From positions 162,936,001-163,000,000 of the forward strand of contig OX597816.1 of NCBI GenBank assembly GCA_951406725.2: a stretch of DNA of 64,000 bases. Direction: 5' to 3'. Origin of the DNA: Octopus vulgaris (taxonomy: Eukaryota). This document shows positions 31,307-45,004 of this stretch, in pieces. Both the position numbers and the translations under genes were made by a program. Under the pieces are notes generated by a model. The model worked only from the letters and a program-made list of their open reading frames with translations. It had not been told where the DNA came from and did not search any database. Every line of letters starts with the position of its first letter. Within the stretch, counting starts at the first letter, position 1.

Positions 31307-31570
31307 TGTATGTATGTATGTATGTATGTATGTATGTATGTATGTATGTATGTATGTGTGTGTGTGTTTGTGTGTCTGTGTTTGTCCCCCTAGCATTGCT
31401 TGACAACCGATGCTGGTGTGTTTACGTCCCCGTCACTTAGCGGTTCGGCAAAAGAGACCGATAGAATAAGTACTGGGCTTGCATAGAATAAGTCCAGGGG
31501 TCGATTTGCTCGACTAAAGGCGGTGCTCCAGCATGGCCACAGTCAAATGACTGAAACAAGTAAAAGAAAA
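31120..31570 (+). mobile_element. tRNA-derived SINE family A (internal microsatellite, CR1-like tail)
   Basis: Head ggctgtgtggtaag..gggttcagtccc, core cttgggcaagtgtc, tail ggtgctccagcatggcc..ctgaaacaagtaaaaga; about 10 copies or fragments in the window. Confidence 0.85.
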
Positions 31571-32028
31571 AGAAGATATAGATATATATACATGTATATA
31601 TTTTGGAAGTCAAATCAAGTAATATTTTGCTTTTAATACGACCGTTTCAGATCATTGCGCAATAGAAAGAAAGGTATTCAGTTTTTTATAATACTGAATG
31701 GAGACGATCATGAGCAAGAGTTTGTAAAGGCCTTTTTTAAACCATTGTCCAACGATATGAAACGTACATATTATATGTATGCATGCATGTAGGTATGTAT
31801 GCATGTATGTATGCATGTATGTATGTATGTATGTATGCATGTATGTATGTATGTATCTATCTATCTATCAATCTATAGAGTTCAAATTCCACCGGGGTCA
31901 ACTATTTCTTTCATATTTTGGGCTTCCATTCAAGAAATACGAGTTGAGTACATTGGTTCAAGTAATCGACTTATCCCCCACCCTGACGTTGCTGGCCTTG
32001 TGCCAAAATTTGAAAGTAATATATATAC

Positions 32029-32072
<44 letters not shown>

Positions 32073-32149
32073 TGAGGGAGATAAATTAATATTAATTTTA
32101 ATATCAATTTAAGACCAGTAGTCCAGCATACAAAAATCTGAGAAATCAG

Positions 32150-32338
32150 AGAAAATTCTAATATATGTGTATATTGGCAGGGCTTACTGCTAGGGAGTCG
32201 GCCGTATGCTAGAAATAGACCATCAATGATCAAAACTACAAGGAAATTCCTTGTAGTTCTGATCATTGATGGTCTATTTCTAGCATACGGCCGACTCCCT
32301 AGCAGTAAGCCCTGCCAATATACACATATATTAGAATT

Positions 32339-32342
<4 letters not shown>
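32150..32342. repeat. Near-perfect palindrome, 96-bp arms, 1-nt loop
   Basis: Symmetric about 32246; one mismatch, A32233/C32259. Confidence 0.95.
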
Positions 32343-32375
<33 letters not shown>

Positions 32376-32380
32376 TAGAC

Positions 32381-32422
<42 letters not shown>

Positions 32423-32500
32423 CTGTATGTATGTACATATATATAGAGAGAAAAAGGGAAGCGGATTTGAAGATGCAGAGGTCTTTTAAAGATGTTTATT

Positions 32501-32546
<46 letters not shown>

Positions 32547-34362
32547 TAAGCATATATGTGTGTATACACATACATGTATATTATCACAAGCAAGATTGTA
32601 AAGAAAAGGAAAAAATCCAAGTCGTCAGTACTATAAATTGAGATAATTTACAGGAAGTTGATTATCCCAGTATGACGCAACCGCTTAAAAAAATTATAGA
32701 AGAAGATACGCCACACTCATATCTATATATATCTGGTCCCTGGGGAACAAGGTCTAATCATTTTGAAATACACTGTTCATTTCTCAATGCTGCGTTACCA
32801 TATGCATATGGTAATTTCCGTTTAAAAATTCATCACTCGTCTTATTTATATGAAAAAATGCCAATTTTATTTCCACGTTCTGAGAAACTCCTGTTTTTCC
32901 TGTATACACACTAAGCTTTCGAAAGTGTTGACAGGAAAGAGATTTGGGTGTTTACTTCACCATTATGGAATCCCTCAATGCACACCATTAATATCATTCA
33001 ACAGCTGTACTAAGACGCCCATTCTTAAGTGGTACACAATGGGAGATTGTCGAACATTTTAGTAGTAAAATTTGGAGTGAGACGGGGATGGCTTATTATC
33101 GTCAATGATCTTGTTTCATAGACCAGACCCAAATATTCTAGAATTTCCTTAATTCTTCTAAGAACAGTTTCCCATAAACTATTTATTATTTAACGCGTAC
33201 ATTCACTGGTGAAGGCGTTTGGCTTTGTGATTAGGGTGTTTTACTCATGATCGCAGGGTTCTAGTTTCGTTTCCCGAATCATGCGTTGTGTTGATTCCTG
33301 GATCATGCGTTGCTTTCCCGCGCAAGACTCGTCATTTCACGTTGCTCCAGTCTACTCAGCTGTAAATTAGCGACCCTGTGGTTACACTAGCATCCCATTC
33401 ATTGGGTAATGTGATATCGGTCATTTACAGGCCAAGGAAACCTCCTCCCACCTAGTTTCCTCTTTTCCTTTTTCCTTCTCTCCCTCCTTCCATCTTCCCC
33501 TGTTTTCTTCTCTCCTTCTACATCTCTCACCTTCTCCCTCCCCCTTCTCTTTCCTTGTCTACATCTCTCACCTTCTCCCTCCCCCCTTCTCTTTCCTTGT
33601 CTCCCTCCCTCGTTCTCTCACATCCTTTTCCTACTTCCCTCTCTCCCTCTCTCTCATCTTTCATCCTCCTCCCCTATCTCTCCCCCTCATACCTACTTTC
33701 CTTTTTCCTTTTCCCCTCTCTCCCACCTTTCATCTTCCCCTGTTTTCTTTTCTTCTGCATCTCTCGCCTTCTTCCCTGCCCTCCCCTCCTTCTCTTCCCC
33801 TCTCCCTTCCCTTCTTCTGTACACATAACTGCTCTCAAAACTGCAACCCGAAAGAACTCTCATTCAGAACATAAAGTAAAGTAAGTGTATACTATGAAAT
33901 TTAAATCTTGCATATGTTGCTTTCCCTCTTCAATATATCAGCCATTCGGTAGCATATCTTCATAGTAGGTCTTCAGTGAGATATGACATGAAATTTCACA
34001 CTACTAGTAAGATTAGTAAGAGGTTTTGTAGAGCAATTTAAATTCCATACAAAATATGGATCCACATCGATAGAACTGTTACACTGGAACTGATGCTATT
34101 GAAGCAGGGATCCGAATCCTAATCCCGGGATACGCCGTTAGACATCACGAGCAAACCACCATAGTTTCACGCGATCATTCTTTAACCGACTAATCAGTGT
34201 GAAACTATGGCATGGACAGGGTTTTCTCAATCGTTCTAGAATTTTAATTCCGGTCTCCTATAAAAACCTTTTGGCGCGTATTTTTACCTGACAGACGACT
34301 TGGGAAGGTGGATATGACCGAGGGCACAGACAAATAACAAGAACTTCCGCCGCACGAATATG

Positions 34363-34579
34363 TATTTCACTACTGCCCACAAGGGGCTAAACACAGAGGG
34401 GACAAACGGATTATGTCGATTACATCGACCCCAGAGCGTAACTGGTACTTAGTTTATCGACCCCGAAAGGATGAAAGGCAAAATCGACCTCGGCGGAATT
34501 TGAACTCAGAACGTAACGGCAGACGAAATACGGCTACACATTTCGCCCGGCGTGCTAACGAGTCTGCCAGCTCGCCGCC
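34363..34579 (-). mobile_element. SINE family B monomer with TSD
   Basis: Flanking direct repeat ccgccgcacgaatatg at 34347 and 34575. Confidence 0.85.
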
Positions 34580-34914
34580 GCACGAATATGGCACAATTGT
34601 TTCTATTTATGTTGGGCAAGCCCCAGATTGACGTACCAATAGCTTGCTGTAAACTGCAAGCAGCATTCCTTTCACGGTATGTAATAATTGTGTTGTTTGC
34701 TGCAAAAGGCCAACGCGGTTTGTCTTTATGTGCGATAATAAAAACTTATGTTAAATGTTCGCGAGTGTTACTCAGTTACCTCAATACGCAGCCCAAGAAA
34801 CATTTTCACTCATCAAATCAACCAGCCACCGCCACAAAAGACTAGACCAACCGTCATACCGTAACACAATAATTCAACTTATCTAGAAGAAATCTAATCC
34901 TACATAGTATATAT

Positions 34915-35259
34915 CGTAGCACTCCGTCGGTTGCGACGACGAGGGTACCTGCTCGTGAAGTAAATGTGCAAGTGACTGAGCACTCCACAGACACGAGTAC
35001 CCTTAACGTAGTTCTCGGGGAAGGTTCAGCGTGACACAGAGTGTGAAAAGGCTCGCCCTTTGAAAATACAGGTACAACAGAAACAGGAAGAAAGAGTGAG
35101 AGAAAGTTATAGTGAAAGAGTACAGCAGGGGTCGCTGGAGCCTCGTGGAGCTTTAGGTGTTTTCGTTCAATACACACTCACAACGCCCGGTCTGGGAATC
35201 GAAACTGCGATCCTACGACTGGAAGTCCGCTGCCCTAAACACTGAGCCATTGCGCCTCC
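34915..35259 (-). mobile_element. tRNA-derived SINE family C, full length with TSD
   Basis: Head ggaggcgcaatggc..gtttcgattccc; flanks acatagtatatat / acacagtatatat. Confidence 0.8.
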
Positions 35260-35821
35260 ACACAGTATATATATATCTTCCTCCTCGATTCTCACGTTGC
35301 TGACACGTGACGAAAGGCCAGCTATCTTTCTATCTTCCACTTCATTCCTAAAGACGAGACGTGCCTTTACCTGCTCTTCTCAAAACTAGTTTTTCTGGCG
35401 TTCATAATCTTCTCATCATCTTGGCTTAACAGCCCTCACCGTTTGTTTTTACTGTCTTGTTCTCACTGTCCTGTTTTTGTTACCACTTTCACCCGCCGCA
35501 AAAAATCCCAAATTTTATCTAATTTGCTCTGCGGGAAGGACTGTTTTAACGAAATCGCGTCTTGTCCTTACTTTCGGGACGCGGAGAAGATGAAACAGGG
35601 GGTAACTAATGAAAGGAATTTTCTTTATGTTGCATGTCCCGTTTCTCTGTTTTTTTTTTCGTTGTTTTTATGTTTTATGTTTTTATGTATATTTTTGTTT
35701 TTATGTTTTCGTTTCTCATTGTGTCTATGATGTTTTGATGTCATGTACCCATATATGCATGTAAATGTACATATATATGTAGGTATGTACATATATGTAT
35801 GTATATATGCATATATATATG

Positions 35822-35880
<59 letters not shown>

Positions 35881-35921
35881 GAAAGAATGGAGTTGAACGA
35901 CGAATTAACAAAATTCCTTTA

Positions 35922-36004
35922 TTCTCGACATATGTTTCGAAGGCTTCATATTCCTAATTTCGAGGGAATAAGGGGTGCATTATGCCGCCTTCTCATCAGG
36001 AAAA
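35922..36004 (-). ncRNA. Canonical-core minimal type I hammerhead ribozyme
   Basis: Minus strand ttttc-CTGATGA-GAAGGC...GCCTTC-GAAAC-atat-GTC-gagaa; all core nucleotides intact; palindromic ACATATGT. Confidence 0.85.
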
Positions 36005-36143
36005 ACAACACACAAATTTCCACACGAAAGCACGTGATCTCTGCCCTTGGCATGTAGCTTCAACCGTGTTTTTCTGACGTGAATTTGCTACCCAGGTATC
36101 GGTTAACCGAATTATCCATAATAAGATAATTCATTCAACTACT

Positions 36144-36179
<36 letters not shown>

Positions 36180-36474
36180 GTTAAAAAGTGCTATCTTTAA
36201 AAACATAATTGCATTTCTCTTCGGTGCTGCCATGTCATGTGCTTCTTTCCCTCGGCTCTTCGAAGTTGATGGTTTTACAACGGCATCGAAACGTGATATT
36301 TATTTATGATGGGTAGTTACCACTTCCAAAATGCGTTCATATATAACCAAACACCTGCGTACGTACATAATTATACCCTACATATATACGTACACTCATA
36401 TACACACATATGCACATATATCGCTCTTTATGTGTGTATGCGCGAGCATATTGAAAGCACATATATCTCGATAA

Positions 36475-36531
<57 letters not shown>

Positions 36532-36829
36532 CATATATATATATTTGTAACTCATATTTAAATACTGTGTACATTAAGCGATATACTAATTACATACACA
36601 CAAACATGCACACACACACACACGCACATATACATCGATATGAACAGATTGGTATGACATTTACTGGCAGATATACGTGTGTGTGTATGTGTGAGTGTAT
36701 AAATATATTTATGTATAGATATCCTATATTCAAGCACACATATACATACATTCCCTCATACACACATATATACACATATATGAATACCAGAGCGTACGAT
36801 TGTGCGCGCGTGTGTGTGTGCATGGGTGT

Positions 36830-36865
<36 letters not shown>

Positions 36866-37164
36866 AAGGTTGAGTTTATGTAAGATGCTACTCGGAAGTT
36901 TTTGTTCCTGATCCACAAGTCCAGATAATGTTGTTTATGGAAGACACGCAGTCGCCCATGCATATCAGGTTCTGGGGAAAACACCAGAAATATTGACTAT
37001 TTTATCTTTATAAGACGGAAGAAGTTGTCATCAGACAGCTACGGTACTCGGACCGGTACCCCTCAGATAGCAGAAGTTTACTTACAAACACACGAATATA
37101 CGAACGTACATACATACATACATACATACATACATACATACATACATACATACATACATACATG

Positions 37165-37496
37165 TATAAAGCGGAAGATCCGTGAAAAAGAGAACACCAA
37201 TGCTGAACTGCAGTTACTCTATCCAGATTACAAGTTCAGATTTATACCTGTAATTATTGGGGCACTGGTATATGTAACCCACTGCCTAAATACCAATCTT
37301 GAGAAATTAGGCTTCTCAAAACCTAAAAGCTAATTCGAAGGCTACAGATCCAATCCATCACTGGAACTGTAAAAATCTGTAAAGCTTTCCACAAGTTTAT
37401 CATTTAAATATATATGAGCATGTGTAGATATGTAACTATATGCATGGAAATACTTACATAAAACATACAAATTTGCACACATACATACATACATGC

Positions 37497-37527
<31 letters not shown>

Positions 37528-37700
37528 CATACATACATACATACATACATACATACATACATACATACATACATACATACATACATACATACATACATGC
37601 ATACATACATACAAACAAAAATACCCTGTTGTTGATGTCGAAATTCAAATCTATGAGCCTTAAGTATAGGTTAGAAACCGGTTCTTTCTATGAACCAATG
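37165..37700 (+). mobile_element. R4/Dong-type LINE 3' fragment
   Basis: Highly similar to 40340-40780 (LQLLYPDYKFRFIPVIIGAL); preceded by (CATA)n with an expanded internal (CATA)n. Confidence 0.8.
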
Positions 37701-37874
37701 GAAAAATCTAAGAGAAGGCCTTACTGGTCTGAAATATTTACGGCGACTCCCACGAAACGAACTGGCACCAATCAAGGATGCCAATTGTGATAAAATTGGG
37801 TTGCTTATCACTGATGACGAATTTCTTTCGCTGCTTATAGTTAAAATATATTTACTATAAATTATATTTTAGCA

Positions 37875-38275
37875 ATGTGTGGTAAGTAGCTTGCTTACCA
37901 ACCACATGGTTCTGGGTTCAGTCCCACTGCGTAGCACCTTGGGCAAGTGTCTTCTACTATAGCCTCGGGCCGACCAAAGCCTTGTGAGTGGATTTGGTAG
38001 ACGGAAACTGAAAGAAGCCTGTCATATATATGTATGTGAATATATGTATGTGTGTGTTTTTGTGTGTCTGTGTTTGTCCCCACCGTCGACATCGCTTGAC
38101 AACCGATGCTGGTGTGTTTACGCCCCTGAAACTTAGCGGTTCGGCAAAAGAGACCGATAGAATAAGTACTAGGCTTACCAAGAATAAGTCCTGGGGTCGA
38201 TTTCCTCGACTAAAAGGCGGTGCTCCAGCATGTCCGCAGTAAAATGGCTGAAACAAGTAAAAAGTGTTAAAAAGT
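37875..38275 (+). mobile_element. SINE family A
   Basis: High similarity to the 31120 copy. Confidence 0.85.
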
Positions 38276-38963
38276 AATACTAGAAGAAAATTATCACTAG
38301 TTTTTCATATTGTTTCAAGCTATAAGTTTGTCTTTAGTCTTTACCTATATCTGCAAAACTCTATCTGAGAACTTTTATTCATAAAATTTTTTTAATCTTA
38401 TTCAAGAAAAATATCTTAATAACCCAAATGAAAGAGCTTCAACAGACACCAAAAGGACAATCTGATTTCACTAACACTCTAACGTCTTAGAAGAGGAAGG
38501 ACGCATTCTATCCTAAAGACCTAGAATAATATTCCTGAAGAATAGTATTCTTAAAGAATGAAAACAAATGCTCATGAGTAGAATATATTAACCGTATGAG
38601 ACGTCTTGGCGCCGCTGATCTGGCTTTGCCTGTTTGGCGTTGCTGATTTAATTGGCATCAGGCGTTTTGTCCCCGGGATCTTTTGGCACTGTGAATAATT
38701 TTGTTATTATTCTAGTTGAAAACTAACTTGTAATTACAATTGATAAAGTAATCGATTACTAACCCCCGTTTTATGTATATAAGGTGGCTGGTGAAGTGGT
38801 GAGGAAATCTGGAAAAGAGAATGTGTCACACGATGGGTTTCTGTACTTCTATGACAAAGTGTAACCGATGGAGAATTAAAATTTTGGTGATGTGAGCAGA
38901 AAATAAGGGATGGCGAGAGGGAGTGAGAAAAAGAGAGAGAGAGTGAGCGTGTGAGTGTGTGAG

Positions 38964-39022
<59 letters not shown>

Positions 39023-39162
39023 TAGAGGAAAAAAGCATTAAGCTGATCTCTGTCTCTCTGTTTATGGAGAGCAAAGTGTTTATCTCAATCAATTTCAATA
39101 AGAAATTACAAACTCACGCTCTCACTATGTCTCTGTGTCTCTCTCTCCCTCCCTCCCCCTCC

Positions 39163-39233
<71 letters not shown>

Positions 39234-39293
39234 AGTGTGCGCACTCGCGTGTGTGAGTAGTCGTCCCTACAAGTTCTACGACTCGAGGTAGTA

Positions 39294-39325
<32 letters not shown>

Positions 39326-40270
39326 AAGGAGGAGGAGGAGGAGGCGGGGGAACTGTACTCAGAGGAATATTCATTAGCCATGGCAACTTATGTCAGATTA
39401 ATTTGCATCGTAGCAGATGAAGCACTTTTAGATTTTCCATTTAGATATTTTGAACATAAACGACGCCAAGAAGCTGCTGGCTGGAATAATGGTACGTTTC
39501 TGATTTATTCTACGACTTGGTTTCCACTAAATCTCGAAGACATTTTTACCTTCCTCTACGCAATTAATGCCCTTAGGAAAACATAATCGCCTTAACTCAT
39601 GCTTAATCCAGTTCTTACCTGATGAAAGCAACTGAAAAATCTGTTATCTTCGTTGGTATCCTGTAACGGTGTTACAACGTACGTAACTGGATAAGAGGGT
39701 TTAATGAGAGAAAGAAAAAAATGCAGATCTCAACGAGTGCAATTTCTTAATCAACTCAAAGTAATTAGTTACGTTTACATCAAAATATATTTCGATACAA
39801 ACATACGAAGATGTGTCTATATTCGCATTATACGGTATTAACAACAGACAAATTCGTTAATGTAATGGAGATATTTATTATTAAAATAACATAACTTTTT
39901 CATTTTTGTTTTCCTTGCGTGCTAGTCAAATGCACTTCGAAGCCATAACGATAAGTTTAGACGTATGAACGAGTACATGTCTTAAGAACTATTGCAATAT
40001 CAGATATGGCAAGGTGTCAACTTTAGTGTGTTTAATTCTATTTCGTTTTTCGTTGAACAGAGAAGTCTGTAAATTAATGCCTACATTCCGTCCATCCATC
40101 CATCCATCCATCCATCCATCCATCCATCCATCCATCCATCCAACCATACATCCATCCATCCATCCATACATTCATACATACATACATGCATACATACATA
40201 CATACATACATACAAACATACATACATACATACATACATACATACATACATACATACATACATACATACA

Positions 40271-40815
40271 TAAACCTGATATAATATTTGGGATAGAGAA
40301 GAAAAACTGTCCATAGTTGTAAAAATTAGTTGCCCTTAACATAAGGCTGAAGATCAGTGAAAAAGGGAACATCTATGCTGAACTATTGAGAAATCTGCAG
40401 TTACTCTATCCAGATTACAAGTTCATGTTTTTACCTGTAATTATTGGGGCACTGGGATATGTAGCCCACTGCCTAAATACCAATCTTGAGAAATTAGGCT
40501 TCTCAAAACTAGAAAGGAGAAAGCCGATTCGAAGACTACAGATCCAGTCCATCACTGGAACTGTAAAAATCTGTAAACAGAAGTTTATCATTTAAGTATA
40601 TATGAGCATGTCAGGATATGCAAATATATGCATGAGAATACATACATAAAACATACAAATCTGGACATACATACATATATACATACATACGTACATACAT
40701 ACATACAAAAATACTCTGTTGTTGATGTTGAAATTCCAATGAAGGAGCCTTGGGTCTTGGTTAGAAACCGGTACTTTCCCTATTGGCAAGAAATCTTGAA
40801 ATAAATTGAATAATG
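40271..40815 (+). mobile_element. R4/Dong-type LINE 3' fragment (RLE domain end + 3' UTR)
   Basis: KPDII...YAELLRNLQLLYPDYKF..PVIIGALG..GTVKICK; (CATA)n on both sides. Confidence 0.8.
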
Positions 40816-41039
40816 GCATACATACATGCATACATTCATACATACAAACATTCATACATGCATATTGTACATACATACATTCATACATACACATATGCAT
40901 ACAGACAGACATACATACATACTTGCACTTTCTGCTTTTTCCTATTGTCGTTCGTTCCTACTCTGGTTGTTCTTACTGTTTTTTCTAATCCGCACCTGTT
41001 ATCTCCCCTTCCCCCTAGCTCTCCTTTGTGACCCTTCTG

Positions 41040-41220
41040 TCCGGCATTCGCCATGATAGATCGCTAGCCACTACACAATCTTTATTTTCTCTTCTTTTTT
41101 TTTCTGTGTTCCTTTGTGTGGAAGAGCGTAGGCTCGAAACGTTAAAAATATTCAACTAATACATGTTTTTTTATCTACACCACCTGTCTTCGTCTTCTGT
41201 TTTTTTTGCGAATTCTCCCC

Positions 41221-41222
<2 letters not shown>
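41040..41222 (+). mobile_element. pLTR-like short repeat with hammerhead-like core
   Basis: gcattcgccatga..gatcgctagccact..gaagagcgtaggctcgaaacgtt shared with the 14040 copy; abuts (TA)n. Confidence 0.6.
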
Positions 41223-41293
<71 letters not shown>

Positions 41294-41329
41294 TGACATA
41301 ACAACAACAGCAACAACGACAACAACAAT

Positions 41330-41560
41330 AATGGTTTCAAATTTTGGCACAAGGCCAGCAATTCTGGAGCAAGAGGCAAATCGATTACATGGTACTTATT
41401 TTATCGATCCTAGAGCAAATCGATTACTGGTATTTATTTTATCGATCCGAGAGCATGAAAAGCAAAGTCGACATGGGCAGTATTAGAATTCAGGACGTAA
41501 ATACGGATGAAATGGCGCTAAGTATTTTTTCCGGTATGCTAAATATTCTGCCAGCTCTCC
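41330..41560 (-). mobile_element. SINE family B-related older variant
   Basis: Tail ggccttgtgccaaaatttgaaa also at 31994 (+) and 6330 (-); another diverged relative at 50870-51035. Confidence 0.6.
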
Positions 41561-41566
41561 CATCCC

Positions 41567-41618
<52 letters not shown>

Positions 41619-41654
41619 CACCACCACCATCACCACCACCACCACCACCACCAT

Positions 41655-41726
41655 CAGCATCGGTTGTCAAGCGTTGTTGGGGTTCAAACACAGAAACATA
41701 TACACACATACACACATACAAACACG

Positions 41727-41764
<38 letters not shown>

Positions 41765-41992
41765 CATATATATATATGTATATACATATATATATGACGG
41801 GCTTCTTTCAGTTTCCGTCTACCAAATCCACTCACAAGGCTTTGGTCGGCCCAAGGCTTTGGTCGGCCCAAGGCTTTGGTCGGCCCAAGGCTATAGTAGA
41901 AGACACTTGCCCAAGGTGCCACGCAGTTGGACTGAACCTGGAACCATGTGGTTCGTTAGCAAGCTACTTACCACACAGCCACTCCTACGCCT
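41655..41992 (-). mobile_element. SINE family A, partial, with internal 17-bp triplication
   Basis: caaggctttggtcggcc x3 at 41835-41885. Confidence 0.8.
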
Positions 41993-42008
41993 AATAATGA
42001 TAATAATA

Positions 42009-42090
<82 letters not shown>

Positions 42091-42556
42091 TAATAATAAT
42101 AATAATAATGGTAATAATAATAATAAAAATAATAATAATGATAATAATAATAGTAATAAGAATGGTAAGAATAATAATATAGATACTAAGTGTTTTTATA
42201 TTTTGCTTCCTTTTGATCTCAGGTGCAACAGTACCTGTTAAAATAAATAACAAAAAAATCCAAAATACTCTTGGTTATAGTACAATCTGTGAACGTCAAA
42301 CAATACAAGGAGCAAACACGAACACATACAGACATACACTCAGACAGAAAGACAAATACACACACTCACACACACACACATGCAGACTAATACACACACA
42401 TACGCACACATACAGACTTACATACAGACAGACAGAGAAATACACACACACACACATGCAGACTAATACACACACATACGCACACATACAGACTTACATA
42501 TAGACAGACAGAGAAATACACACACACACATACATATACAGTCTAATACACACACA

Positions 42557-42596
<40 letters not shown>

Positions 42597-42937
42597 CTCA
42601 GTGTTGTAACAGTGTCACACAGCTTCAGTTGAGGACAAGCAATGAAACTTGTGTACTAAAATGTTCTGCTTAAAATGGCTTCATGGCCATACATCAAAGT
42701 TCCTTTGCGGTTTATACTTTACATTTTCATTTCTTTATTATTTTTATTCTCGTCCATCAGATTTCCTTCGCGTTAAGCTTTTGTCCACTGTAAAAAAACG
42801 ACATCGACTCTCTGCCTTTTTGACACCGTAATTGTCCATCATCACCACTCGCCACCCCCACTGCCCTTCTGTCTGTATCCTTCTTGCAAGCAATGTAAAA
42901 AGGTCCTGAGAAGATAATGGCTCCTTCTTCTTACCCA

Positions 42938-42970
<33 letters not shown>

Positions 42971-42972
42971 AC

Positions 42973-43007
<35 letters not shown>

Positions 43008-43062
43008 GATACGTAGACATGTGTGTTTATAAGTGTGTGTTTATATATATATATACATTTAT

Positions 43063-43138
<76 letters not shown>

Positions 43139-43318
43139 ACAAAGGGTAAAATTAATTAATTAAGAAGTAATTAGTAATTTCACAAGTAGATTGCGTGGAT
43201 TGTTTTCAAGTACTTTGGTTTTTCTGGGAGCCTCTTTTAAAGTAGAAGGAAAGGCTAAGATTTTTTTGACTGCTATTTCTAAACTTCGGTATGTGACGAA
43301 GCAAATCTTTGCTGAACC

Positions 43319-43365
<47 letters not shown>

Positions 43366-43844
43366 GTGTATTCGTGTATTTTTTCCAGTCATTTGATTGC
43401 GGCCATGCTGGAGCACTGACTTTAGTCGAAGAAATCGACCCCAGGACTTTTTCTTTAAAAGCCTTACGAGATCAGTGACAGTGTGTCGTTTTAAAGGTAT
43501 ATACTGTGAGCAAGGTCGTATGGCTGCCATCTCTAGCCTGCGGGTTGTCCTGTCCCGAGGAAGAGAAATAACACAAGAACCATTGGTCTACAGGTATCGC
43601 TAAGGCTAGAAAGGGAACAACAATAAACTCCCTTGCTCACAGTAGACGGGCACAGACCATGTGTCGGTAGCCAGCTGGAAAAGATACTTTCCTGGGCCTA
43701 AAAAAGTAGTAACATCGTCCTGCGTAGGACCGGCACATTGTGTTGGCAAATATACTTTACAATAATTAATTCGTCTCTATGAAATTTTGTTGGATGAAAG
43801 GAAATTAAACATTATAAAAAAGATCATTGACATCGTTAACTATG

Positions 43845-44220
43845 GGTGAAGCCGTAATCTTATAGTAAGAAGTTTGGTTTCAAATGACATGGTTGCGTGG
43901 CATCTTGGGCAAATGTCTTCTACTGTAGCCTCGGGCTGATCAAAGTTCGGGAATGGATTTGGTATAAGGAAACTGAAAGAAGCCCCTTGTATGTGTGTGT
44001 GAGGGTGCGTCTTTGAGTTTGCGTTTGTCTCCCACCACTGCTTCACCACCGGTGTTGTTGATGTCCCTATAACTTAGCGGTTCGCTAAAATGAGGATGTT
44101 AGAATGAATATCAGAATTAAGGAGAAAATATAAGTACTGAGATCGATTTATTTGACTAAACGTTTTTCAAAATGGTGCACCAGCATGGCCGCAGCCCAAT
44201 TGCTGGAACAAGAGAAAAAA
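43845..44220 (+). mobile_element. SINE family A, old diverged copy
   Basis: catcttgggcaaatgtc core; ggtgcaccagcatggccgcag tail. Confidence 0.7.
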
Positions 44221-45004
44221 TAAGCAAATAAACTTCTTAAAAAAAAGTATTACTTTCGTTAACTATAAAAGGAGATACAAATTTTAACAAACCAGTTGAC
44301 AGGCGATACACATGGTGTGTCAGAGACAAAGGCAAGGTTTTTTTTTAAAGGAAAAGTAACGGAACAGTGTGTTAGAAATCTTATGAACGAGGTGTAAAAG
44401 CCTGGGGAAAACTACTGGTGTTTCCTTGAACCCGCATTTAGATAATGACAAAGGGACAAGTTTGGGGTTCCTGTTTACTTATTGCGGGTAGGTGGAGAGA
44501 AGGATGTAGAATCCAATAGACTAAGAAAGGGGTTAGAATAGGGTGTGGGTGGGTATGAGGTATGTATACTGCGAATCAAAGACAGCTGTTTAGTGGAGAG
44601 ACAGAAAGACAAGCAGCAGACAGGAAAATAGAGGGGGGAGGAAGGAGAGCGGTATGGGGGAAAGAACTGAACACAGCATAGTTCAGGTCAGGTCAAGATT
44701 CATCAATCCAACAAAAGATATGTCAGGACACGACATGTTTATGTTGGAGAGACGGCATGTAGTCATGATCCATCCGTTTATCTATCCGCACACGAACACA
44801 CACACACACATACACACACAAACACACAAACACACACACATCATCATCATCTATCTCTTTCTACCTTTCTCTCTCTTTCGCTGTCTCTCTCTCTCTCTCT
44901 CTGTATATATATATGTAAATTATAATTTAAAAAAAAGAAATCGAGTTAGAGAAGGTACAGTAGTATATTTTAGAGAGAATACTCTTTTTAATTTTTTCTC
45001 CTTA

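Noticed and set aside
31635-31720. Minus-strand GAAACGGTC with upstream CTCATGA
   Set aside because: Core mismatch and no stem I.
37776-37835. tgataa..ttatca-CTGATGA-cgaa..ttcg as a hammerhead
   Set aside because: No GAAA after stem II and no valid cleavage triplet.
39612-39650. ctgatgaaagcaactgaaaa as a hammerhead
   Set aside because: Stems I-III not supportable.
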